DNA from: a virus
Taxonomy: Duplodnaviria > Caudoviricetes
DNA: 28,562 bases
Strand: one strand, 5' to 3'
IMG/VR virus record: IMGVR_UViG_3300044948_000016
Location: 1 to 28,562 of that record
Of the stretch, positions 8,616 to 16,326 are shown piece by piece (positions within the stretch are counted from its first letter, which is position 1; each line of letters starts with the position of its first letter). Made by a program: the position numbers and the translations under genes. The notes under the pieces are model-generated. The model was not told the origin of the DNA and did not search any database. It saw nothing but the letters and a program-made list of their open reading frames with translations.

Positions 8616-9026
8616 GTGCCTTCTAAATCAATCAAACAACACAATTTCATGGCTGCGATAGCCAATTCGCCATCGTTTGCTAAGAAAGTAGGAATCCCGC
8701 AGTCCGTGGGAAAAGACTTTAACGAGGCCGATAAAGGCCGTAAATTTTCTAAAGGTGGTGATACTATGGCTTCTAAAATGAACCCCGGCTTCATGGCAAT
8801 GATGGCTAAGAAAAAAGACGGTAAGGCCGAAGGCGGTAAAGCTGACATGAAACAAGACAAATCAATGATGCAGAAGGCCGTCAACAAACACGAAGGCCGT
8901 TTACACAAAGGTGCGGCTATGACTAAATTGGCTAAGGGTGGATTCACTAAATCTGCTAACGGCGTAGCCCAGCGCGGTTTAACCAAAGGCAAGCAAGTCA
9001 CCATGAAGAAAGGTGGGATGTGCTAA
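8616..9026 (+). CDS. Small basic Lys/Met-rich protein with xxGG motifs and tag variant
   Basis: GTG at 8616 with SD AAGGA (in-frame ATG also at 8592). PSKSIKQHNFMAAIAN N-terminus. Contains FSKGG, LAKGG, ANGVAQRGLTKGK and MKKGGMC. Confidence 0.8.
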   Translation: MPSKSIKQHNFMAAIANSPSFAKKVGIPQSVGKDFNEADKGRKFSKGGDTMASKMNPGFMAMMAKKKDGKAEGGKADMKQDKSMMQKAVNKHEGRLHKGAAMTKLAKGGFTKSANGVAQRGLTKGKQVTMKKGGMC

Positions 9027-9230
9027 ATGAAATATCCTGACTCCACACCTGTGGATGAGCCTGTAGCAAAGCCAAAGCAAGCTACTAGCGCACCAAAAAA
9101 GGCAAAACCCAAGATGTATCCTGACTCAGTCCCAGTGGATGAGCCAGTGCGTATGGCTAAGGGTGGCTCCGCTTCTTCTCGTGCAGATGGTATTGCTCAA
9201 CGTGGTAAAACCCGTGGAAAGATGTGCTAA
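9027..9230 (+). CDS. Small protein with C-terminal ADGIAQRGKTRG tag
   Basis: Abuts the upstream stop. YPDSxPVDEPV x2. Ends MAKGGSASSRADGIAQRGKTRGKMC. Confidence 0.8.
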   Translation: MKYPDSTPVDEPVAKPKQATSAPKKAKPKMYPDSVPVDEPVRMAKGGSASSRADGIAQRGKTRGKMC

Positions 9231-9814
9231 TGGCTACTAGATGGGACAATCTACCCGGTCTTAGAGACGACGTTGTAAAACGTAGCGCTGAAGACGTTGG
9301 CAAAGCCAAAAAAGCTGCGAACATAAATTCATCTGACCTAAAGGGTGGAGCACGTCGATCAGTAATAGAAGCCGGAGGCCGTGCTGTAAACAGAAACATT
9401 GGTCGTGCTGGTGCTGCTGGTGCTGCTTTAGAAGCTGGATATGGCCTTGGTCGTGCAATTGACGAAAAGACCGGGGCAGGTAAACAAATTGTTGATAAGT
9501 CTGGTCTAGGTGATTTAGCCGAGCGCGTTGCCAATAGCCGTGACAAAGTAGAACTTTCGGAAGACGCTAAGAAGCGTATTGCTAGGGGCGATCTAGACTC
9601 TGAAGAGGTTATCCCCTCTAAGAAAAAGAAATCTTCTGGCGGTAAAAATATGTCTATTGAAGGCAAAATGTACGCCGGTCGCAACCCGGAAATCGATGAT
9701 GACACGCGGGAATCTGCTGGTGGATACAAACGTGGTGGTAAAGTTGTTTCCAAAGCATCAAGCCGTGCTGATGGTATTGCACAGCGCGGTAAAACCAAAG
9801 GTAGATATATATGA
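9230..9814 (+). CDS. Protein with C-terminal ADGIAQRGKTKG tag
   Basis: TAATG overlap. Charged, low-complexity sequence with a Gly/Ala stretch. Ends YKRGGKVVSKASSRADGIAQRGKTKGRYI. Confidence 0.8.
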   Translation: MATRWDNLPGLRDDVVKRSAEDVGKAKKAANINSSDLKGGARRSVIEAGGRAVNRNIGRAGAAGAALEAGYGLGRAIDEKTGAGKQIVDKSGLGDLAERVANSRDKVELSEDAKKRIARGDLDSEEVIPSKKKKSSGGKNMSIEGKMYAGRNPEIDDDTRESAGGYKRGGKVVSKASSRADGIAQRGKTKGRYI

Positions 9815-10044
9815 TGTCTAGTCGCGGTATGGGTGATATCAACCCCTCCAAAATGCCTTCAGCCGTAAAGAAGGCTCGCCGGGATGATACTGCGTTTACA
9901 CAGTATGCAGAAGGCGGTAAAGTGGGTTTGTACGCGAACATTCATGCCAAAAGAGCGCGTGGAGAAAAAATGCGTAAGCCGGGAGCTAAAGGTGCTCCTA
10001 CTAACGCAGCTTTCTTGCAAGCCGCTAAAACGGCAAGGAAATAA
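9811..10044 (+). CDS. Small basic conserved phage protein
   Basis: ATGA overlap. SRGMGDINPSKMP, YAEGGKV, GLYANIHAKR...GEKMRKPGAKGAPT. Confidence 0.8.
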   Translation: MMSSRGMGDINPSKMPSAVKKARRDDTAFTQYAEGGKVGLYANIHAKRARGEKMRKPGAKGAPTNAAFLQAAKTARK

Positions 10045-10046
10045 CA

Positions 10047-10979
10047 ATGGCAACCTCTGGAACCACATCATTCAATTTAGAACTCACAGAAATTGTTGAG
10101 GAAGCATTTGAACGTGCTGGTTCCGAGCTTCGTTCCGGTTATGACCTAAAGACAGCTAGACGAAGTTTGAATCTTCTATTTGCAGACTGGTCTAATCGTG
10201 GTGTCAACATGTGGACGTTTGAACAAGGCACGATCACGCTAATACCCGGCGTTAGCACATATGCGCTACCTGACGACACCGTAGACCTTTTAGAGCATCT
10301 TATACGCACAGGCGCTAACTCCGTGGCGACTCAGGCTGATCTAACAATCACCCGGATTAGTGTTTCTACCTATGCAACCATTCCAAACAAGCTGCAACAG
10401 GCTCGCCCGATCCAGATTTGGATCCAAAGAATGGACGGTCAGACCAATTTAGTTGCCTCTACCGTTACCACGGCAGTCACAACAACAGATTCAACAATTG
10501 CTTTAAGCAACATAAATCCCCTGCCATCAGCAGGATTTGTGAAGCTAGACAACGAAATCATCAGTTATAGCTCGGTTACCTATACAGGTGGCACAGCCGG
10601 AACTCTGAACTTTTGCGGCAGGGCACAGCAAGATACCGCAGCAGCTACCCATATCGTAACAACCCCAGTTTATTGGACTCGCCCACCAGCCGTAACAGTC
10701 TGGCCTACCCCAGACAACACAACAACCTACCAGCTTGTTTACTACCGTATGCGCCGTGTTGACGATGCCGGAAGCGGTGTAAACACTATGGACGTTCCAT
10801 TCCGGTTTTTACCTTGCATGGTTGCAGGGCTTGCCTATTATTTAGCGTTAAAAGTGCCCAACGGGGCACAGCGCCTAGAGATCTTAAAAATGCAGTATGA
10901 CGAAGCTTGGGAACTGGCTTCAACAGAAGACCGTGAAACAGCCGCTCTGCGGTTTGTTCCTCGACAGACTTACATTTAA
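10047..10979 (+). CDS. Putative neck/adaptor (tail-tubular-type) protein with inserted beta-domain
   Basis: EIVEEAFERAG..LRSGYDLKTARRSLNLLFADWSNRG N-terminus, VWPTPD, DVPFRFLPCMVAGLAYYLA helical C-terminus. This pattern is typical of podovirus adaptor proteins. Confidence 0.65.
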   Translation: MATSGTTSFNLELTEIVEEAFERAGSELRSGYDLKTARRSLNLLFADWSNRGVNMWTFEQGTITLIPGVSTYALPDDTVDLLEHLIRTGANSVATQADLTITRISVSTYATIPNKLQQARPIQIWIQRMDGQTNLVASTVTTAVTTTDSTIALSNINPLPSAGFVKLDNEIISYSSVTYTGGTAGTLNFCGRAQQDTAAATHIVTTPVYWTRPPAVTVWPTPDNTTTYQLVYYRMRRVDDAGSGVNTMDVPFRFLPCMVAGLAYYLALKVPNGAQRLEILKMQYDEAWELASTEDRETAALRFVPRQTYI

Positions 10980-11363
10980 ATGGCTAATAGGTTTGCTTCA
11001 GGTAAGAAGGCAATTGCGATCTGCGACAGATGCGGGGCGCAGTTTAAACTTGTTGACCTGAAAAAAGAGATTATTAAGACTAAGGTCTATGACCTTTTGG
11101 TCTGTAAGAGTTGCTGGGATCCAGATCAGCCACAACTCCAGTTGGGCATGTATCCTGTAGATGATCCTCAAGCTTTGAGGAATCCTCGTAGAGACACCAC
11201 ATATTTTGTTTCCGGACAGATGACTGACGGATACAATAGTGGCGGATCTAGGGATATTCAGTGGAATTGGAACCCTGTTGGTGGAGCAAGTTTTTTTGAT
11301 GCAGTTTTAACTCCAAATTATTTGGTTGCAACTGCAAGTGTTGGTACAGTAAGCGTTTCATAG
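10980..11363 (+). CDS. Zinc-ribbon (CxxC...CxxC) phage protein
   Basis: AICDRCG...LVCKSCWDPDQPQLQLG...DPQALRNPR. Confidence 0.75.
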   Translation: MANRFASGKKAIAICDRCGAQFKLVDLKKEIIKTKVYDLLVCKSCWDPDQPQLQLGMYPVDDPQALRNPRRDTTYFVSGQMTDGYNSGGSRDIQWNWNPVGGASFFDAVLTPNYLVATASVGTVSVS

Positions 11364-11372
11364 GAGTTAATC

Positions 11373-11561
11373 ATGGCATACACAAAAGCTGCAGATGGCG
11401 TAGCCTCAAAAGGTAAAACCAAAGGTAAAAATCTTGGCGATAGCGGCCCTTCCGTTGGCATTCAGCATGGTGGAAAAGGTAGCAAAGGCGGCAAGACCAA
11501 TGAAGAAATGCTGAAGCTAGGCCGTGGTCTAGCTAAAGTAGCTAATCAAAAGCGAGGCTAA
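11373..11561 (+). CDS. Small basic Gly/Lys-rich protein with N-terminal tag variant
   Basis: SD AGGAG. MAYTKAADGVASKGKTKGK resembles the C-terminal tag of the upstream small proteins. Confidence 0.8.
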   Translation: MAYTKAADGVASKGKTKGKNLGDSGPSVGIQHGGKGSKGGKTNEEMLKLGRGLAKVANQKRG

Positions 11562-11562
11562 T

Positions 11563-11829
11563 ATGGCAACATTTAGTAAAAAAATGATGGGCAAGGAAGT
11601 TGGTGATGCCAGCGTTTACGCTAAACCCCACACTATGTCTGGCAAGGGTGTCACCGTTGCTGAGAATCCCGGCAAAGAACCTAACCGCAGCAAGTTAGAC
11701 TCGTTTGACGTAAGCGTAGGCAACATCAGTAAATCCGCTGGTAACGAGCCAACTAAGACCGATGGAATTAAAATCCGTGGCACAGGCGCAGCTACTCGTG
11801 GGATCATGGCACGAGGCCCAATGGCATGA
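11563..11829 (+). CDS. Small basic phage protein
   Basis: SD GAGG. Ends GIKIRGTGAATRGIMARGPMA with an ATGA overlap to the next gene. Confidence 0.8.
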   Translation: MATFSKKMMGKEVGDASVYAKPHTMSGKGVTVAENPGKEPNRSKLDSFDVSVGNISKSAGNEPTKTDGIKIRGTGAATRGIMARGPMA

Positions 11830-12506
11830 ACTACGCTGCTCTAGTGGTTGCTATCTCCGATTACACGGAGAATACTTTCCCAACTGCGGATATGAATACG
11901 TTCATTACGCAGGCAGAGCAGCGCATTTACAACACCATTCAGTTCCCTTCAATACGTAAGAACGTAACGGGTATTTTGTCAACCAACAACAAGTACCTGT
12001 CTTGCCCCAGTGACTTCCTTTCGCCTTATTCGTTAGCGGTGATTGAGGGCTACGGAACGGCTACGGAGACGTACCATTACTTGCTGAACAAGGATGTTAA
12101 CTTCATTCGTGAAGCGTACCCAACCCCTGCGGATACAGCCCTGCCTAAGTACTACGCTTTGTTCGGGCCTACTACAACTGCGGGTAACCCACCTGTACCG
12201 ACCAATGAGTTGTCGTTTATTCTTGGCCCAACGCCAGATGCACAGTACTACGCAGAACTACATTACTACTATTACCCTGAGTCCATTACCACCGCGTTAA
12301 CTACATGGTTGGGCGACAACTTTGATTCCGTGTTGCTCTATGGGTCGTTGGTGGAAGCAATCACCTATATGAAGGGTGAGGCTGACATGGTTGCTCTTTA
12401 CGATGGCAAGTACAAGGAAGCGTTAATGCTGGCTAAACGACTTGGCGATGGCCTTGAGCGTCAGGATGCGTATCGTAGTGGTCAGTATCGTCAGGCAGTC
12501 ACATGA
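11826..12506 (+). CDS. Putative head-tail adaptor protein
   Basis: MNYAALVVAISDYTEN..FITQAEQRI, PKYYA, GPTPD, TWLGDNFDSVLLYGSLVEA. P22 gp4 / T7 gp11-like adaptor pattern. Confidence 0.7.
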   Translation: MNYAALVVAISDYTENTFPTADMNTFITQAEQRIYNTIQFPSIRKNVTGILSTNNKYLSCPSDFLSPYSLAVIEGYGTATETYHYLLNKDVNFIREAYPTPADTALPKYYALFGPTTTAGNPPVPTNELSFILGPTPDAQYYAELHYYYYPESITTALTTWLGDNFDSVLLYGSLVEAITYMKGEADMVALYDGKYKEALMLAKRLGDGLERQDAYRSGQYRQAVT

Positions 12507-12916
12507 TCGTCCAAACCCAGACAACTTCGTTTAAAGCAGAGGTGTACCAAGCGGTACACGACCTGTTGACGGACACCATTAAAATTGCCCTGTACACGTC
12601 AAACGCTAACCTTGATGAGACTACCACGGTATACAGCACCTCAGAAGAGGTTGTAGCGTCAGGCTATACAGCAGGTGGCGAGGTTATGACCGGGGTAGCA
12701 CTTAATACTTCTGGATACACGGTCTACGTCAACTGGGCCAATGTGTCTTGGTCAACATCCGTGACAGCACGGTGTGCCTTGATTTACAATGCCAGCCAAG
12801 GAAATAAGTCCATTGCGGTGTTAGATTTTGGGTCAGATAAAACATCTACCGGTACGTTCACCATCACAATGCCAGCCAATACAGCCACTTCAGCGTTAAT
12901 TCGCAGTTCTAACTAG
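12503..12916 (+). CDS. Tail/fibre-associated structural protein
   Basis: TSFKAE...IKIALYTS...GYTAGG...ARCALIYN...AVLDFGSDKTST.GTFTITMP, a beta-sandwich structural pattern. Confidence 0.7.
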   Translation: MIVQTQTTSFKAEVYQAVHDLLTDTIKIALYTSNANLDETTTVYSTSEEVVASGYTAGGEVMTGVALNTSGYTVYVNWANVSWSTSVTARCALIYNASQGNKSIAVLDFGSDKTSTGTFTITMPANTATSALIRSSN

Positions 12917-12925
12917 GAGTTTGAT

Positions 12926-13504
12926 ATGTCCAACGAAAAAGCACACGGTCTAGACGCAGTAGCAAGCGCATTGACGCAAGCCAACAGCACCGGGGATTCG
13001 GCAACTGCCAAAGGTGTTTACACCATGCAGTGTCTTGACGCAGACGGTAATCTGAAGTGGGAAGCACGTTGCCCTAACCTAGTGGTAAACGAAGGTTTAC
13101 AAGACATGAACGCCCAGTACTTCAAAGGCTCTGCATATACCGCTGCTTGGTATATTGGACTGTACGGCGCTGCGGCTTCTAACAGCCCTGCTGCTGGAGA
13201 CACAATGGCATCTCATGCTGGTTGGACTGAAATCGTTCCTTACAGCAATGCTACACGCCCTGTGGCTACTTTCGGAACAGCTACTACAGCCAACCCATCG
13301 GTACAGACTAACTCTGCTTCTCCAGCATCGTTTACCATTAACGCCACAGCGACTGTGGGCGGTGCGTTCTTGGTTAGCAATAGCACTAAGTCTGGCACGA
13401 CAGGTGTTCTGTTCTCTGCCTCTGACTTTACAGCCCCCGGAGACCGTTCGGTGGCTTCTGGCGATACCCTCAATGTCACATACACATTCAGCTTGGCTGG
13501 CTAA
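12926..13504 (+). CDS. Tail/fibre-associated structural protein
   Basis: SD AGGAG. NLVVNEG, WYIGLY, GVLFSASDF, RSVASGDTLNVTYTFS. Confidence 0.7.
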   Translation: MSNEKAHGLDAVASALTQANSTGDSATAKGVYTMQCLDADGNLKWEARCPNLVVNEGLQDMNAQYFKGSAYTAAWYIGLYGAAASNSPAAGDTMASHAGWTEIVPYSNATRPVATFGTATTANPSVQTNSASPASFTINATATVGGAFLVSNSTKSGTTGVLFSASDFTAPGDRSVASGDTLNVTYTFSLAG

Positions 13505-13513
13505 GGATTTAAC

Positions 13514-13687
13514 ATGGCACAGTTTAAAAAAGGCGATACCGTCCAATTAAAGGCAGTGGTTCCTCAAGGCCCTGTCATGGCTATGCGTATGGACGACGAT
13601 GGCAACGTGCAGTACCTAATTGGCTGGACTGTTGATGGTGAGCCACAACAACGCTGGTTTGATGAAGCACAGCTAGAAGCGGTGTAG
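13514..13687 (+). CDS. 57-aa SH3-like protein resembling YodC/DUF2158 (absent from the ORF track)
   Basis: SD AAGGA. Hand translation: MAQFKKGDTVQLKAVVPQGPVMAMRMDDDGNVQYLIGWTVDGEPQQRWFDEAQLEAV. Fills the intergenic gap. Confidence 0.8.
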   Translation: MAQFKKGDTVQLKAVVPQGPVMAMRMDDDGNVQYLIGWTVDGEPQQRWFDEAQLEAV

Positions 13688-13700
13688 CCCTTCGGGGTTT
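13686..13700 (+). promoter_or_regulatory. Intergenic cUUCGg hairpin / weak terminator
   Basis: AGCCC-TTCG-GGGTT followed by T, immediately before the ATG at 13706. Confidence 0.5.
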
Positions 13701-13705
13701 GACGC

Positions 13706-14677
13706 ATGTTTGGCTACGCCACCTTTGCTCAGGCTCCCTTTGCCGCCCTTGGGCAAGTCCCAACTACCTATGCGTCTAGCATTGAAGAGACAGCCACGGG
13801 GACGGATGTAGCAGCGGCTATACAACTTTTTGTATCTTTTCTGGCAGAAACAGCAACAGGTACAGAGACAATAAGTTCAGCGCAAACGTTTGAGACAGCG
13901 GTTACAGAAGCAGGTACAGGCTCAGAGACAGTAAGTTCAACGCAGACATTTGTTACCGGAATATCAGAGACAGGAACCGTAACCGATGTTGACTTAGTAG
14001 CCGGAAGCACGTTTACACCTAGTTTAGAAGAGTCTGCGACCGCAACAGACATTAATTCGGCAGTGCAGGTGTATGTGGCAGCCTTGACGGAAACAGGAAC
14101 AATTACAGACGCGGCTTCAGCGGCACAGACGTTTATTACCGCCGTGGTAGAGGCGGCTACGGGAACACAGACAGACTCCGCAGCACAGACATTTGAGACA
14201 GCCGTTACAGAGACCGGGACAGTGACTGACGCAGATGCAGCATGGCAGGCGTTCTTTACCTCAATAACCGAGTCTGCTTCGGGGCTGGATGCGTTGGCTA
14301 CATCGTTCGTGTTCTTTGGGACTGCAGCAGAAACAGCGACCGGTACGGATGCAAGTTTTGGACAGCTAGGTGCTGTGGCGTTTATAAGTGAGACCGGGGC
14401 AGTCACAGATACGACAAGTTCTTTGGCTATATTTGAGACAGCAATAACCGAAAGCCTAACGGGATCGGATGTTTTTGTAGCCACAGCGGTGTTCATTGCT
14501 GCGCTCCAAGAGGCGGCTACTGGCTCAGATTCGTTCTCAGTGCGGTTACTATGGGAAGTTATCAATGACAGCCAGACCGTAAGCTGGCAAAATATAGGTA
14601 GCGCACAGACCCCAGTGTGGAGTGTAATTAACGCCGCACAGACTACCAATTGGGTAGTCATCAATACGCAAGGATAA
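13706..14677 (+). CDS. Acidic 20-aa tandem-repeat structural protein
   Basis: 13 repeats with consensus xxxI/V-x-E-T-A/G-T-G/V-T-D-xxxxxxx-F. N-terminus MFGYATFAQAPFAALG. Trp-periodic (11 aa) C-terminus. Confidence 0.8.
   Translation: MFGYATFAQAPFAALGQVPTTYASSIEETATGTDVAAAIQLFVSFLAETATGTETISSAQTFETAVTEAGTGSETVSSTQTFVTGISETGTVTDVDLVAGSTFTPSLEESATATDINSAVQVYVAALTETGTITDAASAAQTFITAVVEAATGTQTDSAAQTFETAVTETGTVTDADAAWQAFFTSITESASGLDALATSFVFFGTAAETATGTDASFGQLGAVAFISETGAVTDTTSSLAIFETAITESLTGSDVFVATAVFIAALQEAATGSDSFSVRLLWEVINDSQTVSWQNIGSAQTPVWSVINAAQTTNWVVINTQG
13772..14554 (+). repeat. Degenerate ~60-bp coding tandem repeat, 13 units
   Basis: Counted in the translation from ASSIEETATGTD to EAATGSDSFSVRLLW. 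Twelve units are 20 aa and one is 21 aa. Confidence 0.85.
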
Positions 14678-14680
14678 AAA

Positions 14681-15169
14681 ATGGCCCTCGTACTCGCCGA
14701 CCGCGTTAAAGAAACGACCACAACCACGGGTACAGGCACGCTTACATTGCTGGGAGCAGCCCTTGGGTTCCAGTCCTTTGCAGCCGTTGGCGATGGGAAC
14801 ACTACCTATTACACTATTTCATCCAACGGCGGGGCTGAGTTTGAAGTGGGTATTGGCACGTACACATCCTCTGGAACAACGCTGTCTCGTACTACGGTGC
14901 TGACTTCCAGCAATTCTGGTAGCTTGGTTAACCTGTCCGCAGGAACTAAAGATGTTTTTGTAACGTACCCAGCGAGCAAGTCCACTTACGAGACAGCAGG
15001 CCAAGAGATATACGCCGGAGCAGACGGCTCCATCTACCTGAACGCAATCACAATCACCAAAGACACCGCCGTACCCGCAAACTACAACGGGATGAGTGCT
15101 GGGCCTATAACCGTAGCAAGTGGAATTACGGTAACTGTTGCAACTGGAAGCGTCTGGACAGTCGTATGA
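14681..15169 (+). CDS. Tail fibre proximal/adaptor protein 1
   Basis: MALVLADRVKETTTTTGTG...EFEVGIGTY...LSRTTVL...GTKDVFVTYPA fibre N-terminal domain, plus C-terminal MSAGPITV..GITVTV..GSVWTVV module. Confidence 0.75.
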   Translation: MALVLADRVKETTTTTGTGTLTLLGAALGFQSFAAVGDGNTTYYTISSNGGAEFEVGIGTYTSSGTTLSRTTVLTSSNSGSLVNLSAGTKDVFVTYPASKSTYETAGQEIYAGADGSIYLNAITITKDTAVPANYNGMSAGPITVASGITVTVATGSVWTVV

Positions 15170-15225
15170 CCTACCCAAAATCATTATTTTTTAATACAAT
15201 AGCTACATACCCGTAAGGATTTGAG

Positions 15226-15801
15226 ATGACCACATCAGCAACCACGCTCTTAGGATTGGCCCTCCCGGTCGATGGGGAGCTATACGGCACTTGGGGCGAT
15301 ACAGTCAACGACTCTATTACCTCGCTACTAGACACGGCTGTAGCAGGCACGACTACACTTAGCGCGGACTCTGATGTAACTTTAAGCACCACGACCCTAG
15401 CGTCAAACCAAGCGCGGCAGGCAATTATTCTGTGGACAGCGGGGGGCACAGTCACTCGCACCATCACAGCCCCGGCCCGGTCAAAGCCCTATATCTTAAT
15501 TAACAAGACATCGGGCACACAGAACATCAAGCTCGTAGGTGCTGGACCTACCACTGGGATTACCTTGGGTGCTGGCGAGAATTGCGTAGCAGCTTGGAAC
15601 GGGGTTGACTTTATTAAGATTTCATCGTCAGGTGGTGCGACAGGTGGCCCCGGAAACGGTTTTGTTTACGAGAATGACATCACCGTAACGGAAGACTACA
15701 CCATCACCACAGACAAGAACGCCATGAGCGCCGGACCCCTAACGATAAATGACGGCATCACAGTAACCGTACCGTCTGGCTCGGTCTGGACAATTTTGTA
15801 A
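15226..15801 (+). CDS. Tail fibre proximal/adaptor protein 2
   Basis: SD AAGGA. LGLALP..GE..GTWGDTVN N-terminus. Same C-terminal module (NAMSAGPLTI..GITVTVPSGSVWTIL). Confidence 0.75.
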   Translation: MTTSATTLLGLALPVDGELYGTWGDTVNDSITSLLDTAVAGTTTLSADSDVTLSTTTLASNQARQAIILWTAGGTVTRTITAPARSKPYILINKTSGTQNIKLVGAGPTTGITLGAGENCVAAWNGVDFIKISSSGGATGGPGNGFVYENDITVTEDYTITTDKNAMSAGPLTINDGITVTVPSGSVWTIL

Positions 15802-15810
15802 GGAACAAAC

Positions 15811-16326
15811 ATGACAATCACAATTAACGGGTCAGGTACGGTTACAGGCATTATTGCTGGTGGGCTTCCTGATGCCATCATTACGCAGCCTGAACTGGCT
15901 ACTGGTGTGGCTGGTACTGGCCCTGCGTTTAGTGCTTATTTAAACAGTACACAAAGTATTTCTGCGGCAACAATTACAAAAGTAACGCTTAGTTCAGAAG
16001 AGTTTGACACAAATAACAATTTTGATTCAGCCACTAACTATAGATTTACCCCAACGGTAACTGGGTATTATCAGATTAACTGCAATTGCTATTTTGCTGG
16101 AACTGCAAACCCATTGATTCTTTTTCTTTACAAAAATGGTGCGCTATATAAAGAGTTTTCTCGATTAACGGCTGGAAATGCAACGGGTTCCGGCTCTTCT
16201 ACTATTTATTTTAATGGCTCTACAGATTACGTAGAGATGTATGTTTATGTTAATTCCGCCATATTAATTGGTTCTAGCGGAACTATTTATGTTTCAATGT
16301 CCGGTGCAATGGTAAGGAGCGCATGA
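15811..16326 (+). CDS. Fibre tip / receptor-binding protein with C1q-like domain
   Basis: PAFSAY...EEFDTNNNFD...RFTPTVTGYYQIN...LYKNG...DYVEMY matches the C1q/TNF jelly-roll pattern. Confidence 0.75.
   Translation: MTITINGSGTVTGIIAGGLPDAIITQPELATGVAGTGPAFSAYLNSTQSISAATITKVTLSSEEFDTNNNFDSATNYRFTPTVTGYYQINCNCYFAGTANPLILFLYKNGALYKEFSRLTAGNATGSGSSTIYFNGSTDYVEMYVYVNSAILIGSSGTIYVSMSGAMVRSA

Noticed and set aside
9157-9798. 213-aa minus-strand ORF and the other short antisense or alternate-frame ORFs in the track
   Set aside because: They overlap coupled plus-strand genes and have no recognisable motifs. Only the HNH is credible on the minus strand.
7733-9814. Dispersed ~60-bp repeats as a CRISPR array or DNA element
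   Set aside because: Irregular spacing, in frame at gene ends, and divergence concentrated at synonymous sites. These are coding repeats.
13768-14802. 344-aa minus-strand ORF
   Set aside because: Antisense shadow of the repeat protein and the next gene. The plus-strand genes fit the operon.
15170-15225. Promoter in the AT-rich gap (TACAAT at 15195-15200)
   Set aside because: No credible -35 at 16-18 nt spacing and no extended -10. Possible but unsupported.
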